64,000 bases of DNA from an uncultured Bacteroidales bacterium. Lineage in GTDB: Bacteria; Bacteroidota; Bacteroidia; Bacteroidales; Coprobacteraceae. Shown piece after piece: positions 1-9,880 of the stretch; within the stretch, counting starts at the first letter, position 1; each line of letters opens with the position of its first letter. The position numbers and the translations under genes were made by a program. The notes beneath the pieces are model-generated. The model was not told the origin of the DNA. It saw only the letters and a program-made list of their open reading frames with translations, and did no database searches. The stretch lies in contig CASFRL010000116.1 in assembly GCA_949297285.1 (NCBI GenBank), positions 4,799 to 68,798 on the forward strand. The letters are read 5' to 3'.

Positions 1-1
1 A

Positions 2-1072
2 GGTATTGCATCTTTAGGTGTCGAAAATAAATATCAGAAATATTCTGGTGCGATACGAGCCTTTTATAGTTGGGGAAATCATAAAATCAATGATGGCCAC
101 ACGATCGATGAGCCGGAAAAAAATTATTTATTCCGTTCAACGGATTTCAACTATGGCGTACAAGCATACGAATCGTTTTATGTGATCCCGAATAACCAAT
201 TTACAGTAGGCGTTGATTATAAAAATTGGGGTGGAGATGCTTGGAATGCATACTTTTCGGGAGAAAAAGAGGATATTATCGACAAGAGTGTACACGAAAT
301 AGCCGGATATGCGATAATGCAACAGGAATTTTGGAATCAAGTTTCGTTAAATGCCGGTATTCGTTATGAACATAATAGTACGTACGGAAGTGAGTGGGTT
401 CCTCAAGCCGGTTTCACCTGGAGACCTTTTTCCGGAAACTCGATTAAAGGTTCTTTTTCAAAAGGTTTTCGTAGTCCTAATATGCGTGAGCTTTATATTA
501 CTTTCGGCCCTAAAAATAAAGCAAACCCCGATTTAAATCCGGAAAGTATGCTGAACTATGAAGTTTCGGTCGGGCAATATTTCTGGAATAATTTAATATA
601 TACCGAATTAACAGCATTCTATATTGATGGGAAAAATATGATTCAGGTCAATCCTCAATCGGGGCAACTTGAAAATGTCGGAAAATTTTATAATAAAGGT
701 ATTGAGTTTGAGGCCGATATTCAAGCGTTACGGAATTTACGCTTTTCAACTAATTACAGTTTTTTGCATACCAACAAAGAGATTGTTGCGGCACCCAAAC
801 ATAAATGGTTCTTGGAAGGGTTGTACACATGGAAGAATTTGAGTGTAACGTTAAATATGCAATCTATATTTGGTTTATATGTAGGACCTTCAATGAAAAG
901 TGAGGATTATACGCTATTGAATGGTCGTATCGCTTATAAAATAGGAAATGATAAGCGGAATGTGACATTGTTTGTGAAAGGCGAGAATCTGACTAATACA
1001 CAATATACGATCAATGACGGATATCCGATGCCAGGAGCTGTTGCTATGGGCGGATTTGATTTTAAATTTTAA
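2..1072 (+). CDS. TonB-dependent outer-membrane receptor, C-terminal part (truncated by window start)
   Basis: Frame of ORF 182..1072 is open back to position 2; beta-barrel motifs (AGIRYE, GFRSPNMRELY, NPDLNPE, ENLTN) and C-terminal Phe. Confidence 0.9.
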   Translation, partial: GIASLGVENKYQKYSGAIRAFYSWGNHKINDGHTIDEPEKNYLFRSTDFNYGVQAYESFYVIPNNQFTVGVDYKNWGGDAWNAYFSGEKEDIIDKSVHEIAGYAIMQQEFWNQVSLNAGIRYEHNSTYGSEWVPQAGFTWRPFSGNSIKGSFSKGFRSPNMRELYITFGPKNKANPDLNPESMLNYEVSVGQYFWNNLIYTELTAFYIDGKNMIQVNPQSGQLENVGKFYNKGIEFEADIQALRNLRFSTNYSFLHTNKEIVAAPKHKWFLEGLYTWKNLSVTLNMQSIFGLYVGPSMKSEDYTLLNGRIAYKIGNDKRNVTLFVKGENLTNTQYTINDGYPMPGAVAMGGFDFKF

Positions 1073-1086
1073 TTTACCTCGTATTT

Positions 1087-1129
1087 AAAAAAACAGCATG
1101 ATAACAATTTCTTATCATGCTGTTTTTTT
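1087..1129 (+). terminator. Intrinsic terminator
   Basis: 18-bp inverted repeat AAAAAAACAGCATGATAA/TTATCATGCTGTTTTTTT, 7-nt loop. Confidence 0.9.
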
Positions 1130-1168
1130 ATTAATTGATTACTTTTGTATCGGTAAAATAAAATCCGC

Positions 1169-2293
1169 ATGAAGTATAAGATTTTTTTATTTATAATAGG
1201 AGTCTGTTCTATTTTGCAAGGATGCAACAATGTACCTACTTCTTATGAGTTGAATGGAGAGGTTTATGATTCTCGTTTCAATGAAAAATTTATATATCTT
1301 TCTAAAGTTGAAGGAAATGAACTTACCAATATCGATAGCTCGTTGGTAAAAGATAATAAATTCTTTCTAAAAGGAGTCCAAGACGAGCCTACAATTTGCT
1401 ATTTGCGTTTTAAAAGGAATGAGGTGTTACCGGAATATATGCCGGTGATATTTATTCTCGAAAATGGGACATTCTCGATTCAAATTAAAAAATCAGATTC
1501 TAAAGCCGTTGGTACGGAATTGAACCATTCACTTCTGTCTTTCCGGACAACGATGGAAAAATACGACAAAGATCTTTCCCTTATAGAAAAGCAATATGAG
1601 AAAATGATTGCAGACAGTACGATAAATGAGGAAAAGGAACAGCAGTTGTATAATGAGTATAATTCGGTAGAAAAATCCCAACTTGAATATGTGAAGAAGA
1701 TTATTGGAAAAAATCTGGACAATGTATTCGGTGCTTATGTTTTCAATTTGAATAGAAACAGATTGTCGGATTACGATCTCAAGAATATATTACAAAAGGC
1801 CGGTAGCATATTTAAAAAACAACCGGATGTAAAACTTATATCCGAAAGGCTTGCCCGATTGGAGGAAACATCGGTAGGACGTATGTATAAAGATTTTGAT
1901 ACTCAAAATATTCAAGGAGAAAAGAAGTCGTTGTCCGAGTATGCAGGGCATGGGAAATTTCTCATCGTAGGCTTTTGGTCTTCTATTAGTTCGTCCAGTC
2001 AAGTTGAAATGAAGAAGTTGATAGATATTTATAAAGAGTATAAATATAAAGGTGTCGATATTGTTGCAATATCGTTAGATACCGACTCCTTATCTTGGGT
2101 GAGAAGTATTGAACAGAATCATTTGGCCTGTCTTCAGTTGTCGGATTTAAAAGGTTGGACAAGTGAGGCGGCAACAATTTATGAAATAAACAGAATTCCG
2201 TATATTTTGCTCTTAAATCCAGATGGAAGTATAGCGGTCAGAGAAACAAACTCGGAACATCTCAAGAAAAAATTAAAAGAGTTGATCAATTGA
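1169..2293 (+). CDS. DUF4369 + AhpC/TSA (TlpA-like) thioredoxin-fold lipoprotein with CxxC replaced by SxxS
   Basis: Lipobox LQGC; KFLIVGFWSSISSSS, GVDIVAISLD, LSDLKGW, IPYILLLNPDG. Confidence 0.85.
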   Translation: MKYKIFLFIIGVCSILQGCNNVPTSYELNGEVYDSRFNEKFIYLSKVEGNELTNIDSSLVKDNKFFLKGVQDEPTICYLRFKRNEVLPEYMPVIFILENGTFSIQIKKSDSKAVGTELNHSLLSFRTTMEKYDKDLSLIEKQYEKMIADSTINEEKEQQLYNEYNSVEKSQLEYVKKIIGKNLDNVFGAYVFNLNRNRLSDYDLKNILQKAGSIFKKQPDVKLISERLARLEETSVGRMYKDFDTQNIQGEKKSLSEYAGHGKFLIVGFWSSISSSSQVEMKKLIDIYKEYKYKGVDIVAISLDTDSLSWVRSIEQNHLACLQLSDLKGWTSEAATIYEINRIPYILLLNPDGSIAVRETNSEHLKKKLKELIN

Positions 2294-3538
2294 TTATTCA
2301 AACTTGATCGATTTTGCCGGACGTATCAATGATACCAAATATGATGGACCAATGAGCATCAATAAAGAAATAATCAGACATCCGATATTTAAGAGAAGTA
2401 TATGCACAAGATTCAATTCGATCGGCACTGCCGGAATATAATAGACATTCGGATCAAGTTTTATGATTTTGAAGTATGACTGTAATACACATAGAGTTAT
2501 TCCTATTATGTTGCCCCATAACATTCCTTTTCCGACCAAAAATACTGAAACATAAATAAATACTTTTCGTATCGAATAGTTTGTAGCACCGAGGGCTTTT
2601 AATACGCCAATCATATTGGTGCGTTCCAAGATAATGATCAATAATCCTGAAATCATCGTAAATCCGGCAACAACAGCCATAAGAATAAGAATTACCCAAA
2701 CATTCATATCCAGTAAATCCAACCAATTAAATAATTGAGGATTCATCTCTTTGACAGAACGTACGTAATATTGTTCACCATATTGATCTGTATGGGGCAT
2801 TAAATCGAAACAGAGATTTTCGGTTACTTCATCCAGTTTCGAGAAATCACGTAGTTTCAGTTCAATGCCACTGTATTGGTCTTGTTCCCAACCGTTGAGT
2901 CTCTGTACATGATGAGCATCTCCGATGATAAAAAGTTTGTCGTAGTCGGTAAAATTGGTCTGATATATACCTGTAATTTTAAATTTTCGGGCACGTACAT
3001 TATCTCCAATGAAATAGCACAATATTTGGTCATCGGTTTTCAAATGCAATTTATTGGCAATATATTGCGATATCAGTATTTCATTTGAGGTCGTAGAGTC
3101 GGAGAGGAGAGGAAGCTTCCCGTTTTGAAGATTTTCCTTAAAAAAAGACCAGTCATAGTTTTTATCTACCCCTTTAAAAGCAATTCCTAAAAACTCATCA
3201 TCGGTTTTCAGTATTCCCGGTTTAGTGGCAAAACTTTCAATATATAAAACCTCTGGATTTTGAGTTAATACAGTCCGTAGACTATCGGAGACACCAATAG
3301 GCGATGTCTCAAAAGAGGAATTACTTGAAAAACCGCTGATTTGAATATGAGAGCTAAATCCTATTACTTTACCGCTGACTTCATGTTTGAATCCAATGAC
3401 AATAGCCACAGAAATAATCATAACTGCCAGTCCCAGAGCTACTCCCAATGTTGCGATACGAATAGCAGGCGGAGAAACTTTCTTTTCTCCGTCTTTATTG
3501 AAATGTATTTTTTTTGCTATAAATAGCTCTAAATTCAT
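2294..3538 (-). CDS. LolE/FtsX-like ABC transporter permease
   Basis: N-terminal TM helix, periplasmic domain, ILERTNMIGVLKALGA motif, C-terminal TM helices. Confidence 0.85.
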   Translation of the reverse strand: MNLELFIAKKIHFNKDGEKKVSPPAIRIATLGVALGLAVMIISVAIVIGFKHEVSGKVIGFSSHIQISGFSSNSSFETSPIGVSDSLRTVLTQNPEVLYIESFATKPGILKTDDEFLGIAFKGVDKNYDWSFFKENLQNGKLPLLSDSTTSNEILISQYIANKLHLKTDDQILCYFIGDNVRARKFKITGIYQTNFTDYDKLFIIGDAHHVQRLNGWEQDQYSGIELKLRDFSKLDEVTENLCFDLMPHTDQYGEQYYVRSVKEMNPQLFNWLDLLDMNVWVILILMAVVAGFTMISGLLIIILERTNMIGVLKALGATNYSIRKVFIYVSVFLVGKGMLWGNIIGITLCVLQSYFKIIKLDPNVYYIPAVPIELNLVHILLLNIGCLIISLLMLIGPSYLVSLIRPAKSIKFE

Positions 3539-4734
3539 AAAGTTTTACCGGGATAAGCTTCCAATGCTTTGCTTAATACGATCAAAGCATTCGCTAAATC
3601 TTCTTTTTTCAGAACGTATGCCACACGAACTTCGTTTTTGCCCAGTCCCGGAGTTGTATAGAACCCCGATCCCGGAGCCATGAATACGGTTTGGCCTTTA
3701 TATTCGAAATGCTCGAGACACCATGCACAAAACTTGTCGGCATCGTCGACCGGTAATTTTGCCATTGTGTAAAAAGCCCCCATAGGAATAGGGGAGTAAC
3801 ATCCCGGAATACGATTGATACCGTCTATGAGAAATTTACGGCGTTCAACATATTCATTGTATGTTCCCAATAAATAATCTGATGGAGCATCGATAGATGC
3901 TTCTGCTATTAATTGTCCGATAAGAGGTGGACTGAGACGAGCTTGACAAAACTTCATTACGTTTTTCTTCAACTCTTTGTTTTTGGTGATCAAGGCTCCG
4001 ATTCGAATTCCACATTCGCTGTATCTTTTCGATACAGAGTCGATTAATACGACATTATCTTCGATGCCTTTCAAATGAAAAGCCGAGATATAAGGGGCTC
4101 CCGTGTAGCAAAATTCTCGATATACCTCGTCAGAGAAAAGAAATAGGTCATATTTTTTTACCAAATCTCGTATTTGGTGCATCTCTTTTTGTGTATATAA
4201 ATAGCCGGTAGGGTTATTGGGGTTACAAATCAATATCCCGCGAGTACGTTCTGTAATTAAAGCCTCAAACTTTTCTATGGCCGGCAGTGCAAAACCTTCT
4301 TCGATAGAAGAGGGGAGGGTCTTGATTGTTGCTCCGGCAGAGATTGCAAATGCCATATAGTTGGCGTATGCCGGTTCGGGAACGATTATTTCATCGCCTG
4401 GATCAAGACATGCTAAAAAGGAGAAAAGAACGGCTTCGGATCCTCCGGTAGTGATAATAATATCATCTGCATCTACTTGAATATTAAATTTTGCGTAATA
4501 TTCAACAAGTTTTTCCCGGAAACTGAGAATCCCGTCACTTGGACTATATTCTAAAATTTTCCGATCTATATGACGGGCTGCCTCCAGACCTATTTCAGGG
4601 GTCGGCAGATCGGGTTGTCCGATGTTCAGATGATAAACTTTAATGCCTCTTTGTTTGGCTTTGTTAGCTAAAGGAACTAATTTCCTGATAGGAGAGGCTG
4701 GCATTATTTCGCCGCGATTAGATATTTTAGGCAT
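3535..4734 (-). CDS. Class I/II PLP-dependent (aspartate-type) aminotransferase
   Basis: LNIGQPD, CNPNNPTG, DEVY, SVSKRYSECGIRIG. Confidence 0.9.
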   Translation of the reverse strand: MPKISNRGEIMPASPIRKLVPLANKAKQRGIKVYHLNIGQPDLPTPEIGLEAARHIDRKILEYSPSDGILSFREKLVEYYAKFNIQVDADDIIITTGGSEAVLFSFLACLDPGDEIIVPEPAYANYMAFAISAGATIKTLPSSIEEGFALPAIEKFEALITERTRGILICNPNNPTGYLYTQKEMHQIRDLVKKYDLFLFSDEVYREFCYTGAPYISAFHLKGIEDNVVLIDSVSKRYSECGIRIGALITKNKELKKNVMKFCQARLSPPLIGQLIAEASIDAPSDYLLGTYNEYVERRKFLIDGINRIPGCYSPIPMGAFYTMAKLPVDDADKFCAWCLEHFEYKGQTVFMAPGSGFYTTPGLGKNEVRVAYVLKKEDLANALIVLSKALEAYPGKTL

Positions 4735-4935
4735 ACCTTAAATAGTATCGTATTATATTTTATTATCTATCATTTTATTTTCGCTACAAATTTATTATTC
4801 TTTGCGTTATTAAGCAAACAAATGCTGCGGATAATATGACAAATTGAGATTTCATAATAAATCTTTCGAACAATTCAGTATTAAGTATAACTCATTATTA
4901 TTATTTTTGTGTCCACTTAATGAAGATAAAAAATA

Positions 4936-5499
4936 ATGTTTAAAAATATCGTATCTAATTTGTTCGCTTTGGTGGTTGCTCCGGGTAAAGCTTGGCAAAA
5001 TATATCTTCGAAAGAAGAAAATTTTACAGCTTTTTTGAATGGATATTTGTATCCAATCATGGGAATCACAGCCCTTTCTGTTTTTGCAAATTTATTTAGC
5101 GAACATTTTACTTTAGAAAAGGCATTAAAACTGATGACAATTGATTTTGTCAAATTTTTTGTCGGATTTTATATTGCATCTTTTTTAATAGATGAGTTCT
5201 TGCAAAAATTCTTTGAAAGAGAGAAAGATTCAAAGCAGGTAGAGAAATTTGTAGGATATTCTTTAAGTGTATATATGCTCATAACAATATTTATCAATTT
5301 GTTTATGGGTACGTTCCCCTTTTTGCGCTTTGCACCTTTATATATTATTTATATTGTATGGGAAGGTTCTAAGTACTACATGAATATTAATGAAAATAAA
5401 AGACTTTTATTTGTTGTATTATCATCGTTGATACTTATATTCTCGCCAGATATTATAGAAAGGTTTATGTTTATCTTAATGCCGGGATTAGGAAAATAA
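4936..5499 (+). CDS. Yip1-like multi-pass membrane protein
   Basis: About 5 hydrophobic helices; N-terminal PGKAWQNI pattern; lies upstream of smpB. Confidence 0.6.
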   Translation: MFKNIVSNLFALVVAPGKAWQNISSKEENFTAFLNGYLYPIMGITALSVFANLFSEHFTLEKALKLMTIDFVKFFVGFYIASFLIDEFLQKFFEREKDSKQVEKFVGYSLSVYMLITIFINLFMGTFPFLRFAPLYIIYIVWEGSKYYMNINENKRLLFVVLSSLILIFSPDIIERFMFILMPGLGK

Positions 5500-5511
5500 G
5501 CATTGAAAAAT

Positions 5512-5964
5512 ATGAAGTTACCACAGATCAATATAAAAAATAAGCGGGCGACATTTGATTATGAATTGCTCGATACCTATCATGCCGGAATAGTCCTTAC
5601 CGGGACTGAAATAAAATCGATTCGTCTTGGTAAAGCCAGTTTGGTCGATACATTTTGCTTTTTCAATAACGGGGAACTATGGATAAAGAATATGTATATT
5701 GCAGAGTATTTTTATGGAACATATAATAATCATCAGGCCAGAAGAGACCGAAAATTATTGTTGACCAAAAAAGAATTGCAGAAAATACAACGTTTATCAA
5801 AAGAATCTGGATTCTCGGTAATTCCGACTAAAGTATATATTAGCGATAAAGGATTGGCTAAAGTCATTGTCGCAGTTGCAAAAGGTAAAAAGGTATATGA
5901 TAAACGTGAATCGATAAAAGAGCGGGAAGATAAACGCCAAATGGATCGCTTATTTAAACATTAG
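5512..5964 (+). CDS. smpB: SsrA-binding protein SmpB
   Basis: [37 protein letters not shown]; ATG at 5512 preferred over TTG at 5503. Confidence 0.97.
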   Translation: MKLPQINIKNKRATFDYELLDTYHAGIVLTGTEIKSIRLGKASLVDTFCFFNNGELWIKNMYIAEYFYGTYNNHQARRDRKLLLTKKELQKIQRLSKESGFSVIPTKVYISDKGLAKVIVAVAKGKKVYDKRESIKEREDKRQMDRLFKH

Positions 5965-7156
5965 TGGCTTTCTCGCAAATAATCAATACCTTTTTATCTG
6001 ATAAAGACGTTCCTAAGATGTAGATATTTCCACCATCTTTTATTTTTGTTTTTTTTCGTAAAATATCGGCCGTAATCGGAAAATTCCGAACAGTAATGTT
6101 TGCTGCCGGATATAGAGTGGAAAGTTTTTTTAAATTTTTTCCTGAAAAAGGAATAATTTCTTTTACAGAAAAGATGCGTCCCGGGAAATTGGATATAAAA
6201 TTTTCTGAGGTATATAAATGGCTGTTTTTGTCAATCTTAGATATCGAAAAAGACGATGCTATGGATTTAAAGGCTCCGGCTTTCAAGATAGAAGAATTTG
6301 GTTCGTACACATACGATTGAATCGAGGTTGCAAAGTTAGGTAATAAGAGCTCTTTTTCTTTTTCCAATGTGAATGTATATATCTCAGGTTTCCCATTGAT
6401 ATCCAGGTTAATACAGTGGATCGGAATCTCTGTTTTTGCCGATTGTCTATTCATTATGAAAAACAATTCTTTACATTCATTCTTTACTGAAATAACATGT
6501 ACGCTACTGACAAAATTTAATGCTGTCGATGCCCGGCTGATGTCGATCATCGGTGATGCTTTTAATAGTATTACCGAAGCTTTTTCTAACAGCGTGTTTT
6601 GTAATTCTATAATATTGGGTTCGCAATCTTTTAAATCATATAATCGTTTATTTTCTGCACCGCGTCTGGCCGGATCAATGTAATATGCGTCAAATCTCAT
6701 ATCGCATTCATGAACAAATCTCAAGCAATCTGAGCAGATGATTTGTATATTGTTTTTTTGCAATATATCGAAATTATGCTTTGCAATTTCACAATACAGC
6801 GGGAACCGTTCTACATAAGTTACTTTTTCTGCGGCATGGGCCAAATAATACGAATCGATGCCTAATCCTCCGGTTAAGTCACAAATCGATTTGTATTTTG
6901 AGTCTATAATGTGTTGTTTATATTGTGCCGTTATCTCAGAGGATGCCTGTTCTGCAGATAAAACAGTAGGAAATAACAGTTTTTTGTTTTCATACCAATG
7001 CGGCAACTTGTTTTTAATTTTTTGTCTGGCCTCAATTTGGTCAATAGCAAAAGTGAGATCGAAGCCTTGATCATCAAATTTTTTTAATCTGAGTTTTATG
7101 GGGTCTTCTTGTGAATATTTTTCGATGAAATCAAATAATGGTTCTGTAATTCTCAT
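5954..7156 (-). CDS. SAM-dependent methyltransferase with THUMP-like C-terminal domain
   Basis: [12 protein letters not shown] motif, [24 protein letters not shown]. Confidence 0.8.
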   Translation of the reverse strand: MRITEPLFDFIEKYSQEDPIKLRLKKFDDQGFDLTFAIDQIEARQKIKNKLPHWYENKKLLFPTVLSAEQASSEITAQYKQHIIDSKYKSICDLTGGLGIDSYYLAHAAEKVTYVERFPLYCEIAKHNFDILQKNNIQIICSDCLRFVHECDMRFDAYYIDPARRGAENKRLYDLKDCEPNIIELQNTLLEKASVILLKASPMIDISRASTALNFVSSVHVISVKNECKELFFIMNRQSAKTEIPIHCINLDINGKPEIYTFTLEKEKELLLPNFATSIQSYVYEPNSSILKAGAFKSIASSFSISKIDKNSHLYTSENFISNFPGRIFSVKEIIPFSGKNLKKLSTLYPAANITVRNFPITADILRKKTKIKDGGNIYILGTSLSDKKVLIICEKATNV

Positions 7157-7303
7157 GTACTTCTATACTTGATTTGATGGCAAATGTACCGTTTTATCTT
7201 TTATATTTCATGTTATGTGATAAGATATTTTATTATATCTGAAATTGTGCATTATAAGTATCTATATTATTTCTTTCTTTAGCATCGCCTTTTTTGATTT
7301 TAA

Positions 7304-7331
7304 ATGTTATATAATTTGTATTATGTTAAAT
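7304..7331 (+). other. XerCD dif chromosome-dimer resolution site
   Basis: ATGTTATATAA-TTTGTA-TTATGTTAAAT: 11-6-11 layout, XerD arm identical to E. coli dif, ATAA inner XerC bases conserved, intergenic. Confidence 0.8.
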
Positions 7332-7482
7332 AGAATGTTGTGAAAATACAATTAACATACATCTATTATCTATCATAAAATAAAAATGCACCCTACCAAT
7401 CTTGAAATTATATTTATAGCTATGGCTCTATCCCGTTCGATATGTCGTAAAGGAAATAAAAACTAAACAGGTAATAAATATT

Positions 7483-8382
7483 TTATTTTTCTGATATTTT
7501 TTCAATGACATAGACAAGCAGAAATCCTATGATCATAAGTGTTACAGCCTGCCAAATGTAAATGTCGGGTAAAATATTTTGTTCGATTAATGGTTTGGCA
7601 ACCCCGTGACTGTCGATAAATGTCTCTACGGTTCTTTTCCATGGCCAAACTTTATTTAGTGAGCCCAACATAAATCCTGTCAATGTGGCAATGGTTATAT
7701 CATGAAATTTGCGTAATAGATATGACAATACATTAGAAAACAATATTAAACCGATAGCTGCTCCACAGGCAAATACAACGATAATTATAATATCCAACGA
7801 TTTTACGGCGTTCATGATGAACTCGTATTTCCCCAATAGTAATAAAATAAAACTTCCGGAGATCCCGGGCAGTATCATTGCACAGATGGCAATGGCTCCA
7901 CATAAAAATATAAATAAAAGATTTTCAGGTGTTTGCGATGGCGTGGCAATTGTTATATAATAGGCAATGCCGGCTCCTATAAGAAAAGAAATCCAACGTT
8001 TCAAATCCCAAATATGTATTCTTTTCGAGACAAAATAGGTAGATGCGAGTACTAAACCGAAGAAGAAAGCCCACACCAATACTGGATAATCATTCAATAA
8101 AAAAGTGATAAGTTTAGCTAACGAGAAAACACTTATAAGGATTCCCAATACTACGGAAAATAAAAAATTACCATTGATAGCGTTCCAGAAACTTTTCCAT
8201 TTAAGCGAAAAGAACAGTTTTAAGGTTTTGAAATTTATGCTTTTTATTGAATCGATCAATTCTTCATATATACCTACGATAAAAGCGATAGTTCCTCCTG
8301 ACACTCCGGGAACGACATCTGCTGCACCCATTCCCATTCCTTTCAAGGTTAATATCGCATATTCTTTAATGTTTCTTTTCAT
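7483..8382 (-). CDS. DUF368 membrane protein (undecaprenyl-phosphate translocase family)
   Basis: GMGAADVVPGVSGGTIA and repeated AMILPGISGS motif. Confidence 0.9.
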   Translation of the reverse strand: MKRNIKEYAILTLKGMGMGAADVVPGVSGGTIAFIVGIYEELIDSIKSINFKTLKLFFSLKWKSFWNAINGNFLFSVVLGILISVFSLAKLITFLLNDYPVLVWAFFFGLVLASTYFVSKRIHIWDLKRWISFLIGAGIAYYITIATPSQTPENLLFIFLCGAIAICAMILPGISGSFILLLLGKYEFIMNAVKSLDIIIIVVFACGAAIGLILFSNVLSYLLRKFHDITIATLTGFMLGSLNKVWPWKRTVETFIDSHGVAKPLIEQNILPDIYIWQAVTLMIIGFLLVYVIEKISEK

Positions 8383-8393
8383 GTTAATCGATA

Positions 8394-9806
8394 TTATAAT
8401 TTATTTTCTTCGTTTCTATTTTCGTTTAATGACTTTTTTAATTTATCGATCATCTCTCTGACCTCTCCTAATTCTTTGCGGTCTTTTTCTGTTAAGTTTT
8501 TTATATTTTCGATTTGTTGGAATGTGCTATCCAATTGTTTGATCATTTCAATCGTTTTCTCTTGATTGCCGGCATTGAAATAAGCAAGGGTCAGCTTAAT
8601 AACTAATTTTACGTTGTAACTATCTGATAATAAAGCGCTTTTGTAGTATTCTATTGCTTTATCGTAGTCCGAATTCTGAATAGATAAGTCACCTAAAAGA
8701 ATAAGGACTTCTTGGTTCTCTGGTTTTATCTCGATAGATTGTTCTAAGATGGTTTCGGCATCTTTAAAATTGCCTATTTCCATATATATTTCTCCGAGGA
8801 AAGCCAATGCATCGGCATCGGTCGGGTCTAATTCGATATTTTTCTGCAAACACCGAATAGATTGTGGAATGTCTCCCAGATCGTAATAATTAGAAGCTTT
8901 TTGATAATACAAGTTGGCATTATCCGGTGTATATGATAAAGCTTGGTCTAAATATTGAATAGCATCATGCTTTTTCCCGAGTTTAGTATAACATTCGGCA
9001 ATTAATTCGTATGTCATTGATTTGTCGTCGATCAATGGCAATAATTCTTTAAATACTTCGATTGCTTGTGCGTAATTTTCATTATCATATAAACAATAGC
9101 CTTTAAAAGATAGGATCGTCTCATCTCCTTCTTTGGCTGTCAAGGCAAAGTCACAAGCATCGATCGCTCTCTCATAATCTTTTTTTAATGCGTATATTTT
9201 AGCCGAATTGAACCAATCGATATATGAATAAGGATCTCGGTCGAGTAAAATATTATAAACAGACAATGCCGAATCGTAGTCTTGTCGATCTTCATAAATA
9301 AGAGCCAGCTCTCTCACTACTTCACTCCCATTTTTCAAGACTTTGTCTGCCGCGAATATGAAATCTTTTAGCTCGTCTATATAGCCGAAGTCGAGATACA
9401 TATCTATGATATCGAAACAAAGGTCGACAGATATTTCGTCCGAAGATAATAATCCGGTTAACAGGGATATTGCCTTTTCTGCATCTGCTTGGATGAATTT
9501 CAATTCTGCACAAATTAAAACAGCATCTACCGAATCGTGCGGTATAGAATAGATTTGTTTTTCTGCTTCTTCTATACAGTCGAGGCAGAGAAGATATTTG
9601 GCTCTTTTTATTCCTAAACTCAGACTTCCCGGATGCATCGATAACCCTCGTTCTACTGCCTCCAATGCATTTTTGTAAAGATCTTGCATCTCATATTGGT
9701 AGGCAATTTCTTCCAGATCGTCAGCATCGAAGTAATAGTTGGCATGATCCTTTATCATCTGTTCATATCGGACCAGCAAGTCTGGGCGTTTATCTTCTTC
9801 GGACAT
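8394..9806 (-). CDS. Tetratricopeptide repeat protein
   Basis: Multiple TPR units; N-terminal YFDADDLEEI motif. Confidence 0.85.
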   Translation of the reverse strand: MSEEDKRPDLLVRYEQMIKDHANYYFDADDLEEIAYQYEMQDLYKNALEAVERGLSMHPGSLSLGIKRAKYLLCLDCIEEAEKQIYSIPHDSVDAVLICAELKFIQADAEKAISLLTGLLSSDEISVDLCFDIIDMYLDFGYIDELKDFIFAADKVLKNGSEVVRELALIYEDRQDYDSALSVYNILLDRDPYSYIDWFNSAKIYALKKDYERAIDACDFALTAKEGDETILSFKGYCLYDNENYAQAIEVFKELLPLIDDKSMTYELIAECYTKLGKKHDAIQYLDQALSYTPDNANLYYQKASNYYDLGDIPQSIRCLQKNIELDPTDADALAFLGEIYMEIGNFKDAETILEQSIEIKPENQEVLILLGDLSIQNSDYDKAIEYYKSALLSDSYNVKLVIKLTLAYFNAGNQEKTIEMIKQLDSTFQQIENIKNLTEKDRKELGEVREMIDKLKKSLNENRNEENKL

Positions 9807-9823
9807 TGTTTGTCTTAAAAATC

Positions 9824-9860
9824 AGGCTGTTGAATATCCATAAAAGAAATTCAACAGCCT
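9824..9860 (-). terminator. Hairpin/terminator after glnS
   Basis: 12-bp stem AGGCTGTTGAAT/ATTCAACAGCCT, followed by a T-rich tract on the minus strand. Confidence 0.7.
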
Positions 9861-9880
9861 TAAGATAGTTTTTAGTTATG

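Noticed and set aside
4312-4319. KOPS-like GGGGAGGG oriented toward dif
   Set aside because: Single occurrence noticed; no statistical weight, and the Bacteroidota KOPS motif is not known to me
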